A stretch of 64,000 bases of DNA from Octopus sinensis (taxonomy: Eukaryota), in assembly GCF_006345805.1 (NCBI RefSeq), contig NC_043002.1, forward strand, positions 74,090,001-74,154,000. The letters run 5' to 3'. The notes beneath the pieces are model-generated. The model saw nothing but the letters and a program-made list of their open reading frames with translations. It was not told the origin of the DNA and did no database searches. The position numbers and the translations under genes are program-made. Shown here piece after piece: positions 49,001-61,700 of the stretch (positions within the stretch are counted from its first letter, which is position 1; each line of letters opens with the position of its first letter).

Positions 49001-52000
49001 GAAGGTAGTATGCTCTGTTAGATGTGCAACATCAGTGTGCATGTACGACAAAGTGCAATGTATTGAGAGAAAAGTTGGTTATAAGAGGAATCAAATGTAG
49101 CATGCAAGAGAGAAGACTACGTTGGTTTGGACATGTGATGCAAATGAATGAGAACAGCTGCATAAAGAAGTGCCAATCACTGAAAGTGGATGGTAACTGT
49201 GGAAGAGGGAGACCCAGGAAGACATGGGATGAAGTGGTAAGGACCGATCTCAGGATGTTGGGCCTCACAGAGGAAATGACAATGGACTAAGACATCTGGC
49301 GATATGAAGCTCTTGAAAAGACCCATCCACGTCAATGAAATTGAGTTCTAGAAGTGCTGTGTGTCTCCCCCACACTTAAGAAACTTCTCACACACTCTAC
49401 TACAACAAACTAAACTACATACTCTTTTACTTGTTTCAGTCATTTGACTGCGGCCATGCTGGAGCACCGCCTTTAGTTGAGCAAATCAACCCCGGGACTT
49501 ATTCTTTGTAAGCCCAGTACTTATTCTATCGGTCTCTTTTGCTGAACTGCTAAGTGACGGGGACGTAAACACACCAGCATCGGTTGTCAAGCAATGCTAG
49601 GGGGACAAACACATACATATATATATATATATATACATATATACGACAGGCTTCTTTCAGTTTCCATCTACCAAATCCACTCACAAGGCATTGGTCGGCC
49701 CGGGGTTATAGCAGAAGACACTTGCCCAAGATGCCACGCAGTGGGCCTGAACCCAGAACCATGTGGTTGGTTAGCAAGCTCCTTACCACACAGCCACTCC
49801 TGCGCCTCTACATCTCTACATCACTTCTCTTTCTCACATTTCTTCTTTCATGCACTATGCCTGGCTCCCACTCCCCAATCCTATCCGCATGGCCCTGTTC
49901 CTCTGTATCATTGCTATCCAGTAGCTCCCCTGACTCTATATATACCCAGGTCTTTGCCACTCGCCCCACCAGCTCTCTTTAATCACACTTCCTTCGCAAA
50001 ATCCCGCCACTTATATTATGGCATTCGAATCTCAAGGGTGTGCACTGGCACTTGCCACCACCTATATTTCTCTCTTCCTTTACTCAACCATCCCATTTAT
50101 ATTCTGATCCCTGTCCCTCGTGAGTATGCCTGGCACTTTGTCACCATCTCTATCCTGCTGTCTCCTACTCCTGCACTTCCATGTATTTCCTTTGCGACCG
50201 CACCTGTTTCTGTCTTCGTTCCTGATCTCCCTTTCTCTCTCCAGCTGGGTAACCTTGTACCTCCTCGACAGCAAGACACCTGTTTCTGTCTCTCTCTCAC
50301 TATAACCTTTCATCACCCAACACATGATCACCTCCTCTCCTCTCAAAAGAATTTTTTTTGTTTTGCAAGTACTTAATGACCCTGTCAGTACAGGTGCCAA
50401 TTAAAAGCACCCAGTCCATACTATAAAGTGGTTGGCGTTTGGAAGGGCATCCAGCTGTAAAAACTTTGCCAAAACTGACCTTGCCTGTGCATGTACCATG
50501 TAAAAAGCACTAACTCCACTCTGCTGAGAGATTGGTGTCAGGAAGGGCATCCAGCTGTAAAAATCCTGCCAAAACAGTTACAGAAGTCTAATGCAGGCTT
50601 CTGCCTGGCCAACTCTTGTCAAACTGTCTCACCTATGCCAGCATGAAAGGCGGCTATTAAACGATGGTGATGATAAAGTCACAACAATAGAAGAGAAGTC
50701 ACAACACTAAAGATGGTATGGAAGTTGAAAGACACTCTTGTAAGAGTATGTTTGCCACTTGTATTTGATAGAGAAGAGGAGACAAACCTATAACACAGTG
50801 GATAGCTTAAGATTTCTCAAGAAGAACTTGGTGCCAGCCATTGATTGAAGTAAGGCATGAGATGGGGAAGTGTGGTAATAAAGCAATAAAAAGGTAAGTA
50901 GGAGTCTAAAAGACAAAGAAAAAGAATGTAATATGTTACACACTGTAACTCCAGAAGGCTACAGAAGAAATATGATGACAGATTCACTCAGTGAAGAAAA
51001 GAGCAAACATGAATGAGTTTCAAAACGTTTTATTCAATGTGATTAGATCATGAATTATTCTGAATAAAAGCATATTGTGTTTATATGAATTAGAATATCA
51101 TATAATAAAATTGTATTGGACATGACAATGGCACACTTAGTCGCAGTAACAATGAAAAGAAATAAGCATGAAAGAGGTGACTAAAAAAAGGAATATGAAT
51201 GGATATCTAATAAAGATTTATACATGTAAAGTTAATAATTAAGGACATTAAGACAAGAAAAGATGCAGGTCCATCAAAAGATAGTTGTTGAATGTTGAAA
51301 GTACTAGAATTTGCTGGTAGTTTACTAATTACCTACTAAGTTTATTAAGTGACATTATTTTCAAAAGTATATACAACGGTGACAATATCTGTAGCTTCAC
51401 ATTGTATACAAGCAACAACAGAAGCCTCAAGAATTTGGGCAAATTCAGAGAGTCTAGCAAAGTTAGAACAGTTTAGATATGATACTGTTTGGGTTTGCAG
51501 TTGAGATGGAATAACAGGTGCTACATTTTTAGTGATCCTTTCAGAAGAACTGATTTTGCTTTCACTTACCTCTAGGTTTCTCAGTGGCCTCATACACCTG
51601 AAAAAAATGAAACATAAATAAATGACTTAGAATAGTTTTTATCGATAATTTAGTATAGTCCGCAGGGGATTTTTATGGGGCTGTACCTCTGAAAATCCTA
51701 AACCTTGTGTATAATACACATCCCTTCTCTAACTTGAATCAAGGAGGTTTATATAACGTCCTTGGTTTGTAAAAATGTATACGGTAACGTCCTTTATTAT
51801 TATTGTATATATAACATAATGCAAATGTGTAGCATTTTTGTGCATTTTGTTTGCAGAAAATAAAGAAATAACAGTAATAACATTTAATAAATGTTGCTTA
51901 CTGCAAGTTATGGATGATTCTTTTATGACTTCATTGCTTTCAGGCTTAACTTAAGGTATTTTCACACCCGACATCACAAAATGCGTCTGAATAAACATTG

Positions 52001-52674
52001 CCGGACAGCAAATAGACTCTCGAACATTTCTTAGAAAATAATTTTCATTTTTAACCTTGTGTATAATACGCACTAGGGATTTTGACCTTTAAATTTTTGG
52101 GGAAAAAATGCGGATTATACTCGAAAATTTACAGTAAGTATTATGCATTATAATTCTAGAAACAAGAACCAAAGGTTTAGAACAAAATGTCTTTAGAAAA
52201 TAATAACCTAATTCTCATGGTAGTTTGTCAAGGAGCTTCAAAATCTAAAAGAGGGCAATTTTCAGTCCGGTAGTATAAAATACAACATAGCAATATACAA
52301 ATTAGTAACCAAGTACATGACATTTAAATTTTGTGTGGGAAGTTGCCGTATACAGTCTGTGGCAAAAGAGAAGATTGTGGACTTTAGAAATGACAAGCAA
52401 ACTAAAGATGTAAATGTGATATCTAAAAAACTGACAGAGAAGCAGGACTATGAATGCATTAGAGGAATGGAAGGGTTACCAATAGGGGTAGCAATAAATA
52501 GCAGTGCCGAGGCTATTCAAAATATGCATTTGTTGTAATTTATAATTATTGTTAACTAGGTGAGTTAAGAAATACTGAAGAAGGTCGAGAGAAAGTAACA
52601 ATGGTGTGCAAGTAGAGGTTCAATCTTGACATGTGTGAATGACTGCACAAAAAAAACACACACACTGAGGGAGG

Positions 52675-52710
<36 letters not shown>

Positions 52711-55700
52711 TCAAGCTAGAAAATGACCTTACATTTCAGATCGTAATGCAGAGAAGTTTAAAGGGGGAATGATTAAATGTGGAGAGCAAGCAGTATTAGA
52801 GGGAGGAAATAGGTTTGGTGGGGATGTGAGGAGTGTTGAGGCAGGGATGGGTGAAAAGGGATAAGGGAGTTATTATAATGGATCTCTGAAACCCCAGAAG
52901 CAGCTGTTGGACTATTAACACCTTACCTTTCTACCTTTAATCCTCTCTGTCATATGTACACTGTATAAGTTTGATCTGTTAATATAAATATCTATATATT
53001 TATACTTAAATATTCATTCTCTGAAAGTCTTCAGTCTTTGTTTTCTTTCTTACATTTTGTATATCAAACCCAAGCTGTTATATTTAATTTGTTTATCTGT
53101 ATAATTGCCTCCATATCCACTCACCTTGATTCTCCTTACAGCCACTCTTTACCCTGGGAAATTGGTCCCTCATAAAGACATCAGAGTTTAAGTTCAAATC
53201 ATTTGAGTGCTACGAAGTGTTTTCTATACTGAGAATCTCTGGATCTCATCCGTTGACTACACACACACACACACACACATACATCATCATCATCATCATT
53301 TAGCGTCCGCTTTCCATGCTAGCATGGGTATATATTTAATCATTATCATCATCATCATTTAATATCTGTTTTCCATGCTGGCATGTATGAGACAGTTTGA
53401 CATGACCTGTCAACCCACATGGTTGTGCTGAGCTCCAGTGTCAACTTGGCATGGTTTCTACAACTGGATGCTCTTTCTCACGGCCAACCACTTTACAATG
53501 CTTACTGAATCCTTTTTCTCATGCCAATGGCACTAGTGAGGTTGCCAAGCAACTTGCAAGATAGAAAAGGAATAGGGAAAAAAGAAAAGGAAAAAGCTCT
53601 TACTACTAAATAGGGTGGTGGCGGATATTCAAGAGAGGGATGTAGCTTTATGCCAACTATTAAAAAGCTAAAATATGATAGAGGGACAAGCAGAGGTGTC
53701 TTGTTGTAGAGGAGACATGTGGCTACCACATATTATGTAGGAGTGGGAAAGAGTTGTTGGGAACAAGATAAAGATGGTAATGATGGAGTGCCAAAACAAA
53801 CTATCAGGATAAAAGCAAATATAAACAAATTTAAATGGAAAACAATAAATTCTAATTTTTCAAAGATAATGTTTTTTTTAAATGAGAAATTTTAATACAG
53901 TTTCAATATATATTGTTTATAAGGTAACATTGACAAGAGATGAATGAAATAAGGGATGGGGGTTGCAAGTATACAGGGTGCAATGGATAAATAGGTGCCA
54001 TTTTATATTTTTAATTTCGTGTATGCACATTGTTTGTTTTTGATTTTGTCAACTACACAGTATAGTAGGGTCACTTGGGCACAGTCTGTGAGAAAAACAG
54101 CACCACAATGCAATTCACTCAGCCAGAAATTTGGAAAGAACATGCTGTGCTGCTTGGCATTTACACTGGAAGCTCCAATATGAACATTTCAGAATGATTG
54201 GGTGTCAATCTCAGGACATGTACTGAGAGTGATAAAAATCAAACACCCAGTCAACAACATGGAGTTTGGAGTGATCATTAGTGATGGTGAAGTTATGCTT
54301 CCATTCATCTTCCCATGTGGCCTCAAACTCAATACAGAAGCCTACATCAAGTGCCTGGAGGGGGTAGTACTGCTGGAAGACACTATGCCTGGCAAACGGA
54401 CTCTGCATCATACCACACAAGCAGGAGAACCCAGATATAGATGTCAGACAATTTCTGTGACTACACCATCACTAACATCTTGTCACCTAACTCCCCAGAC
54501 TGCAACCACCTTGATTACTATATGTGGGGCGCAGTTGAGTGAGAGGCCAACAAAACCCTTTGTAACACTAAAGATGAACTGAAGGCAAAGATTATGACAC
54601 CAACTTAAACAAGGAAACCGTCCAGAAAAGTTGCCGGAGAGGCCGTGGCTGAAGCCAATAGCGATTTTATTGAATAAATTTACTCTCTAGTATTTCAAGA
54701 TATTTTGGTAAATATATCTGTTAAAATGAAATGTCATTCTTTTCATTTTTGCATAATTTAGACAACAGTTTATTCACTGCACCCTATATACATACATACG
54801 TAGGTATGTATATAGGGTGTATATAGAATCAAAGGGCCTTAGAGTCAACCTAGCTAAAACCAAAGTCCTAATAAGTACGAAGGCAGGCAAACCACAAATC
54901 CCTTCAGGTAGATGACCCTGCCCAATCTGTAGTAGAGGCGTAGGTAAAAACTCTATAAGATGTACCCAGTGTAAGCTATAGATACATAAGAGGTGCAATA
55001 ATATCAAAGGAAAGCTAACTGGGAAGATAGTTTTTATATGTGGCAGATGCTTGGGAGCATTAAACTCTGAAAATGCACAGAGAACAACTTCCGCCACATT
55101 CCAGGGAGGAAAACTAGAAGTAGTTGATAGCTTCCATTACCTAGGTGATCAAGTCAGTAGCGAGGGAAGGTGCACTGAAAGTGCAGCTGCTAGAATAAGA
55201 ATAGCTTGGGCAAAGTTCAGAGAGCTCTTACCTCTGCTGGTGACAAAGGGCCTCTCGCTCAGAGTAAAAGGTAGACTGTATGACGCATGTGTACAAACAG
55301 CCATGCTACATGGCAGTGAAACATGGGCTGTGACTGCTGAGGACATGCGTAAGCTCACAAGGAATGAAGCCAGTATGATACGAGGGATGTGTAATGTCAG
55401 TGTGCATACTCAACTTTGAGAGAAAAGTTGGACCTAAGAAGCATCAGATATGGTGTGCAAGAGAGACGACTGCACTGGTATGGCTATGCGGCGAGAATGG
55501 ATGAGGATAGCTGTGTGAAAAAGTGCCACACCCTAGCGGTTGAGGGACCCTGTGGAAGAGGTAGACCCAGGAAGACCTGGGATGAAGTGGTGAAGCACGA
55601 CCTTCGAACTTTAGGCCTCACCAAGGAAATGATTAGTGACCGAGACTTTTGAAAATATGCTGCGCTTGAGAAGACCCAGCAAGCCAAATGATACCATAAC

Positions 55701-58700
55701 CTCATAGCCTATGCCAGGAGCGTAACCAGCCCACTTGTGCGTACATTTTCCTTCTTTGGAAACTAAACTCTGCTTGCGAAGACCTGTTGAGGCAAGTGAA
55801 ATCAAAATTAAACTCAAATTCGATGACTGGCATCCGTGCTAGCGGGGTGCAAAGAGCACCATACGAGTGTGTTCGTTGACAGAGCGGCTAACCGGCTTCC
55901 GTGTCAGTGGCACATAAAAGGCACCATTCGTGTGTGATCGTTACCAGCGTCGCCTTACTGGTACGTGCCCCTGCTAGTAGTATGCCAAGAACATCATAAA
56001 AGGCACCATTCGAGCGTGATCGTTACCAGCATCGCCTTACTGGCACCTGTGCCAGTGGCATGTGTAAAAAAATTCGAGCGAGGTCGTTGCCAGTACCATC
56101 TGACTGGCCCCGTACCGGCGACACGTAAAAGGCACCCACTACACTCTCAGCGTGGTTGGCGTTAAGAAGGGCATCCAGCTGTAGAAACTCTGCCAGATCA
56201 AGATTAGAGCCTGGTGCAGCCATCTGGTTCGCCAGCCCTCAGTCAAAATCATCCAACCTATGCTAGCATGGAAAGTGGACGTTAAACAATGATGATGATG
56301 ATGATATATATATATATATATATATAATTTTCATCATCATTTATTCCAAGCTGGCATAGATGGGTTTGATGGTTTGACATATTCCAATGGGTTCAAGAAC
56401 TGCATTATGCTTCAATGTTTGCTTCCTAGCACAATCGACTTTACAGTGTATACTGGTTGCTTTTTATGTGAAACCAGTGCTGCTGATGTTGCCATGCACC
56501 TTGCAAGACTATGAACCCTGAGGGAGGGGTGTTTGGTTTTATGCTAGGAAAAGTGGGATTAGAGTATGAGAGATGTGGAGGCAGAGTAGCTACTTGTAGA
56601 AGATTTACCTGTTTCCTCACATTTTGTAGAGGAGGGAGAGAATGATCAGAATGAACTGCAAAGAGATAGATAAGAGATGAGGTGTCTAGGATACTCCATG
56701 AGGTACAAAGTAAGCATAAGTGGGTGGGGTTATTGCAAAATTGTAAGAGGAGTAGAAAACAAAGGGATGGAGAGGCAGTTTGTGCAACTATAAAAGGAGT
56801 TGCTTGGGATTAAAGGGTAATAACCAATGAGTCATGAATGGGGGGGATGGATATGCAGAGGTAGGAGAGTAATGATACAGTTGACAGGAGGAGGAGGACA
56901 AAGAGAAGTCATACAGCAGGAGTAGGAGTTGAGGAGAGACAGGCATAGTGCATGACGAGCTGTAGTGTGGTCTATTGCAGGAAAATGAAACAATATAACT
57001 TGAGTGGTGAGCACATAATACACAACACCTGCAGAACTCAGTTTTGCTGAGGTAGATGGATCTTCTCAAGAACTTCACATCACTAGTCAGCCTAGTCCAT
57101 TGTCATCACCTCTGTGAGGTTCAGTATCTGGAGATCAGCCCTTGTTTTTTCCTCCCATGTTCTCTTCGTTCTCCCTCTTTTGCAAGTTCCATGCACTTGT
57201 TTATACAGCTGTCCTCAAACATACACATTACATGCACAATATGTGTGTGTGTGTATGTGTGTAGATATATGTGTGTGTGTGTGTGTGAATTATCATCATC
57301 ATCATTTAACATCTGTTGGCATGGGTTGGACAATTTGACAGGAGCTGGCAAGCTAGAAGGGCTGCACTAGGTTTCAGTCATCTGTTCTGGCAAGGTTTCT
57401 ATGGTTGGATGCTCTTCCTAACACCAACCACTTTACAGAGTTTGCTGGGTGCTCTTTACATGAAGCTGGAATGGGGACTTTTTCATGTGATGCCAACGTG
57501 GGTACCTTTTCCTGTGGCACTAGCACACGTGCTTTTTTACATAGAGCCAGCATGGGTGCACAAACACACAGCACTGGCATGGGTGCTTGTTACATGGCAC
57601 CAACACGGTGTATGTCTACATGACACCAACATAGGTGCTTTTCTATGAGCCACCAACATGGGATTGCCAGAGAAGATACTTGGCTAACCCAGTAGGGTAA
57701 GGAAGTGGAGAGAGGTGGGAGAGAGAGAGAGAAAGATAGAGACAATAAGAGTGAGAGCTGATGCATAGGGAACAGTGGAGGGGAGTATAAGTAGTAGAGT
57801 TGGGACAGAGATGTTCCATAAGCATGTGAGGGGAGATATTTAGAGATAGCAAGTGATGGTAAGAGGAACTAGAGGCCTGCAGTGGGTGGTGGTGTTTTGG
57901 GGAGATGACTTGTGGTGAGTTTTGTCAGAGGACAGGGGAGAAGGGAGTGGCTTTATGGCCATAAAGGACGTGCCTGTATGTGTGGATAGCCATGATTTTA
58001 TTTAGCATGATGTATTTTCTCAAGCACAGCAAATTGCCATACACACAGTGTACATTGATGTCTGTAGCCATGCTTACATTTGTTTATGTAACCTAGTGAT
58101 TCAACAAGCAAAAATTGATACAGTAAGTACCAAGCTTAAAATAGGCTCTAAGGTCATTCTGCTTAACAAGGTGTTGAAGATAGGATGGACATTGTTGAAT
58201 GACTGAAACCAGCAAATAAGAAAAAGAAAACAACAACTTAAAAAAAAAAATAATAATATTTTTACTTACATTAACTACATTATTGTTACCTGCTTGCATG
58301 ATGGCATTTGCAATATAAATGATGGGTTTAGGTGGTTCTTGTGATGCTATTTCATGTTCTGTATCTTTAAAATATGCTTGGATTTTTCTCGCTTTATCTT
58401 TGTCTGGTATTCGCCAATCTATTTTTCTATAAGAAGCAATTCCAAAATCGTTTGTGTTTACTTCTCCATTTGTTATAATAAATATTTTTTTTGGTGCAAT
58501 TCGAATTAATTCATCTCTCAGATGCTGAGTTTGCTCATCCTTTTGCATATTTTCTGTTATGAGCAAAATAATATAAGTACAATTTTGTGTGATATCACTT
58601 AAATGCCCAAAAAAGTTATTTTTTCTTGTCTTAATCTCCGAATATAGCATACATTTTGATACCTTGGAAATTTGGTCAACAACATCAGTAGCTAATGTCT

Positions 58701-61700
58701 CATCATCATCATGATAAAAGACACAATTACCAAATTCATGACTGTTTTTGGAGTTGGAAGAGAAAGACCCTAAAATCAAAAAGATATATATAACAATGTT
58801 ACAGTGTGTAGTGATATATAACTATTAATTAAATCTGATATTTTAATAGTGTTTTAGATAATAACAAGCATCATCATCATCATTTAACATCTATCTTCCT
58901 CGCTGGTATGGGCTGGACAATACAACGAGTGCTGACAAGCCACAGGATGGTACCAAGCTCCAATGTCTGTTTTGATATGGTTTCTATGGCTGGATGTCCT
59001 TCCTAACACAAACCACTTTACAGTGTATTGGGTGCTTTTTACAAAGCACTGGCACTAGTAAGGCCACTTGGTAACTTGAAAGACAAGACCCCTCAACTAC
59101 TGAAGGGAGTAGTATTAAGGGAGATGGCTTTTTGCCAGGTGATGAGAGGTTAAAGAAAGATAGACAAAGACAAGAACAAGTCTTTTGCTGTAGCAGAGAT
59201 ACATGGTTACCCCAGCTGGGAAAAGAAAGAGGGAGGCTGTGAAGATGTGTCAGGGTGTATCCTCAAGCTACAGCAAGGTGAATATAAGTGATATGGATGG
59301 GTAAGTAAGTTCGCAGGAGTGTGAGAGACGAGTGACAGGTGGATAGAGATAGGGTTAATAGGAAATGCAGTGAGTGGTGAACATGTGTGGAGGCATACTA
59401 GCAGACATATTAAAGTAAATCCAATATCTATCATTGGTTTTATTATTGGATAACATTAGACTTAGCATCTTGCTAACTCTAAGATGTATCTATGAGATAA
59501 TACTTTTCAGACAGGGAGCCTGAACAGCCCTTCAGCTGGTTGTGTCCTGTGAAACCATCCAACCCATGCCAGCATGGAAAATGGACGTTAAATGATGAGG
59601 ATGATGAAAGGGGCAGTAGAAAGGGGAGCAAAGCAGCAGAACTGGTAAACAGTTGGAGAAAATCTCTCGCAGTGTTTAGTTAGATATCTTTATATGTTAA
59701 GTTTTAATCTTGCTAAGATCAGCTTTACCTTTCTTCTTTTTGGGATTGAAAAAATAATTACAAGCCAAGTACTAGGGCTTATTAAAACTGACTTCACTTG
59801 TACTGACCAACTTTGTGTCCCTATAAGAAACAATGATTTAGGCAGAGAAGGGAAGGTAACTCCAATAACAGTAGCAGGTTTTTCTAGAATAGTTAGGTCA
59901 ATGTAATAGAATTCAATGTAAATTGCTGAAAGATACAAATAAACCACCAAAAAATTACTGTTTTACACAGCCTACACTTCAGACAATCAATCAATAAAAC
60001 TTCAAAGTGACAAAGAGCTCTTATGTTGTCATTTAAACCAACTTAATATCTTAATTAGACTAGGGCAGTTGGTAACAGAGAGAAAATACCATGTCCTGTT
60101 TAGTTACACTTCTTCATGTTTTGATTTTGAATTCTGACAAAGTCAACTTTACTTTTCATCCTTCTGAAGTCAATAAAATAAAATAGTAATGAAGTACTGG
60201 GGTTGGTAAAATAAAGTGCTAGTATACATATAACAAACCATATGTCTCCCCCAAAATGTGTGGCCTTGTACTCATGTTAGAAATTTATATTTTAGTTATA
60301 TCACATTGTAAGTAAAAAGACCAACACATACATTATATGTTACCAAGAAGCTTGATCTTTAAGAATAAGCAGTAACCATTATCATCAGCATCATTTAAGG
60401 TCCATTTTCCATGCTGGCATGGGTTGGACAGTTTGACAGGATTTGATGGTCCCAAAGATTGCATCATACTCCTCTGTCTGTTTTGAATGGTTTCTACAGC
60501 TAGATGCTCTTCCTAATGCCAACCACTTTACAGTATGTACTGGGTGCTTTTTCATACTACCAGCACTATTGGAGTCACTATGCTGTTTGCAAGACTACAG
60601 AGCTTGAGTAGAAAGGGGGTGCTTTATGCCAATAGCACAAGGAGTAGAGAAGAAAAAAGGATCAGAGCAGAATGGGTTTCTTGCTGAAGAAGAGCTATAT
60701 GACTATCTGTGTTTTAGAAGAGTGGATGAGAGGGGGAAGAGTTAGAAAATTGTGATAAGGTGCCAGAGTGTGAAAAATATATTGTAAGGTGAGTTTGTAC
60801 AAAGACATGTAATGAAGAGTATTAAATAAAATTAGGTCACTTGAAGATGAAATTACAATGTAACAGGCAACTTGACATACCTGAACAACGAATGTTAGAA
60901 ACAGTATTTGAACTGGTGCCTTCCATAATAATTCTATAAAAATACAAAAATAGATAAATGAAAATTAAAAGATATAAACACAAAAATTAAAAGATATAAA
61001 CACCATGTTAAAATAAAATGAATTTCTTTGAAATACTGAAAAAGAATAATATGACAAATTTTAGGGACAACAGAATTCAATTCAATTCTGAAAAAAAAGG
61101 CTAAACATATCACGTCATTATTAATTTTTGGCACTCATGGGAAGAGAATAGCAAAGGTTCTAAGGATGCTTTTCATTTAAACAATAATATTGCATAGAAA
61201 GTTATAATATCTAGTAGTTGTTGCAGAATTATTCATACTTGAATAATTACCTGAAACAATACCTTCTGGTTGGTTTTCCTGTTTGTTGTTGCTATAAGGA
61301 GGATAAACATCATACACAAACACACACATATAATGTGTGTGTGTGATCATCATCCTCATTTAATATTCCACTTTATCATGGATCAGACAGAATTTGTTGA
61401 GGCTGGTTTTCAACAAGTGGATGCCCTTTCTGTTACCAACCCACATCGGTTTCCAAGGTAATACTTCCTCACTACCAGATATGTTTTTCATGGAAGACTG
61501 AAAATGAACAACCTCACTTGTTGGATGATAATGCGTTGTCAGCTAATGCTGAGTTATAATGATCCTTATTTACGAGTATATTAAAAATTTCTTGACTACA
61601 TGAAAGGTAATTAATTCTATGCTGAATATTTTTAACTAAGCAATTTAAGATTGTTTTAGGATAATTACTTTCAAAATTTATATATGTCAGCTTTGGATTG

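Noticed and set aside
49594-50400. Longest ORF in the track (260 aa) and overlapping ORFs
   Set aside because: They run through a SINE, a (TA)n tract and CT-rich repeat sequence; low complexity, no domain, no splice context.
53125-53160. Kinase-like RVAVRRIK string on the minus strand
   Set aside because: An in-frame TAA lies immediately upstream and no other kinase subdomain is nearby.
61020-61100. Acceptor-like tttttttcag on the minus strand between the 41- and 53-nt exons
   Set aside because: No convincing donor; the flanking exons already join in frame without it.
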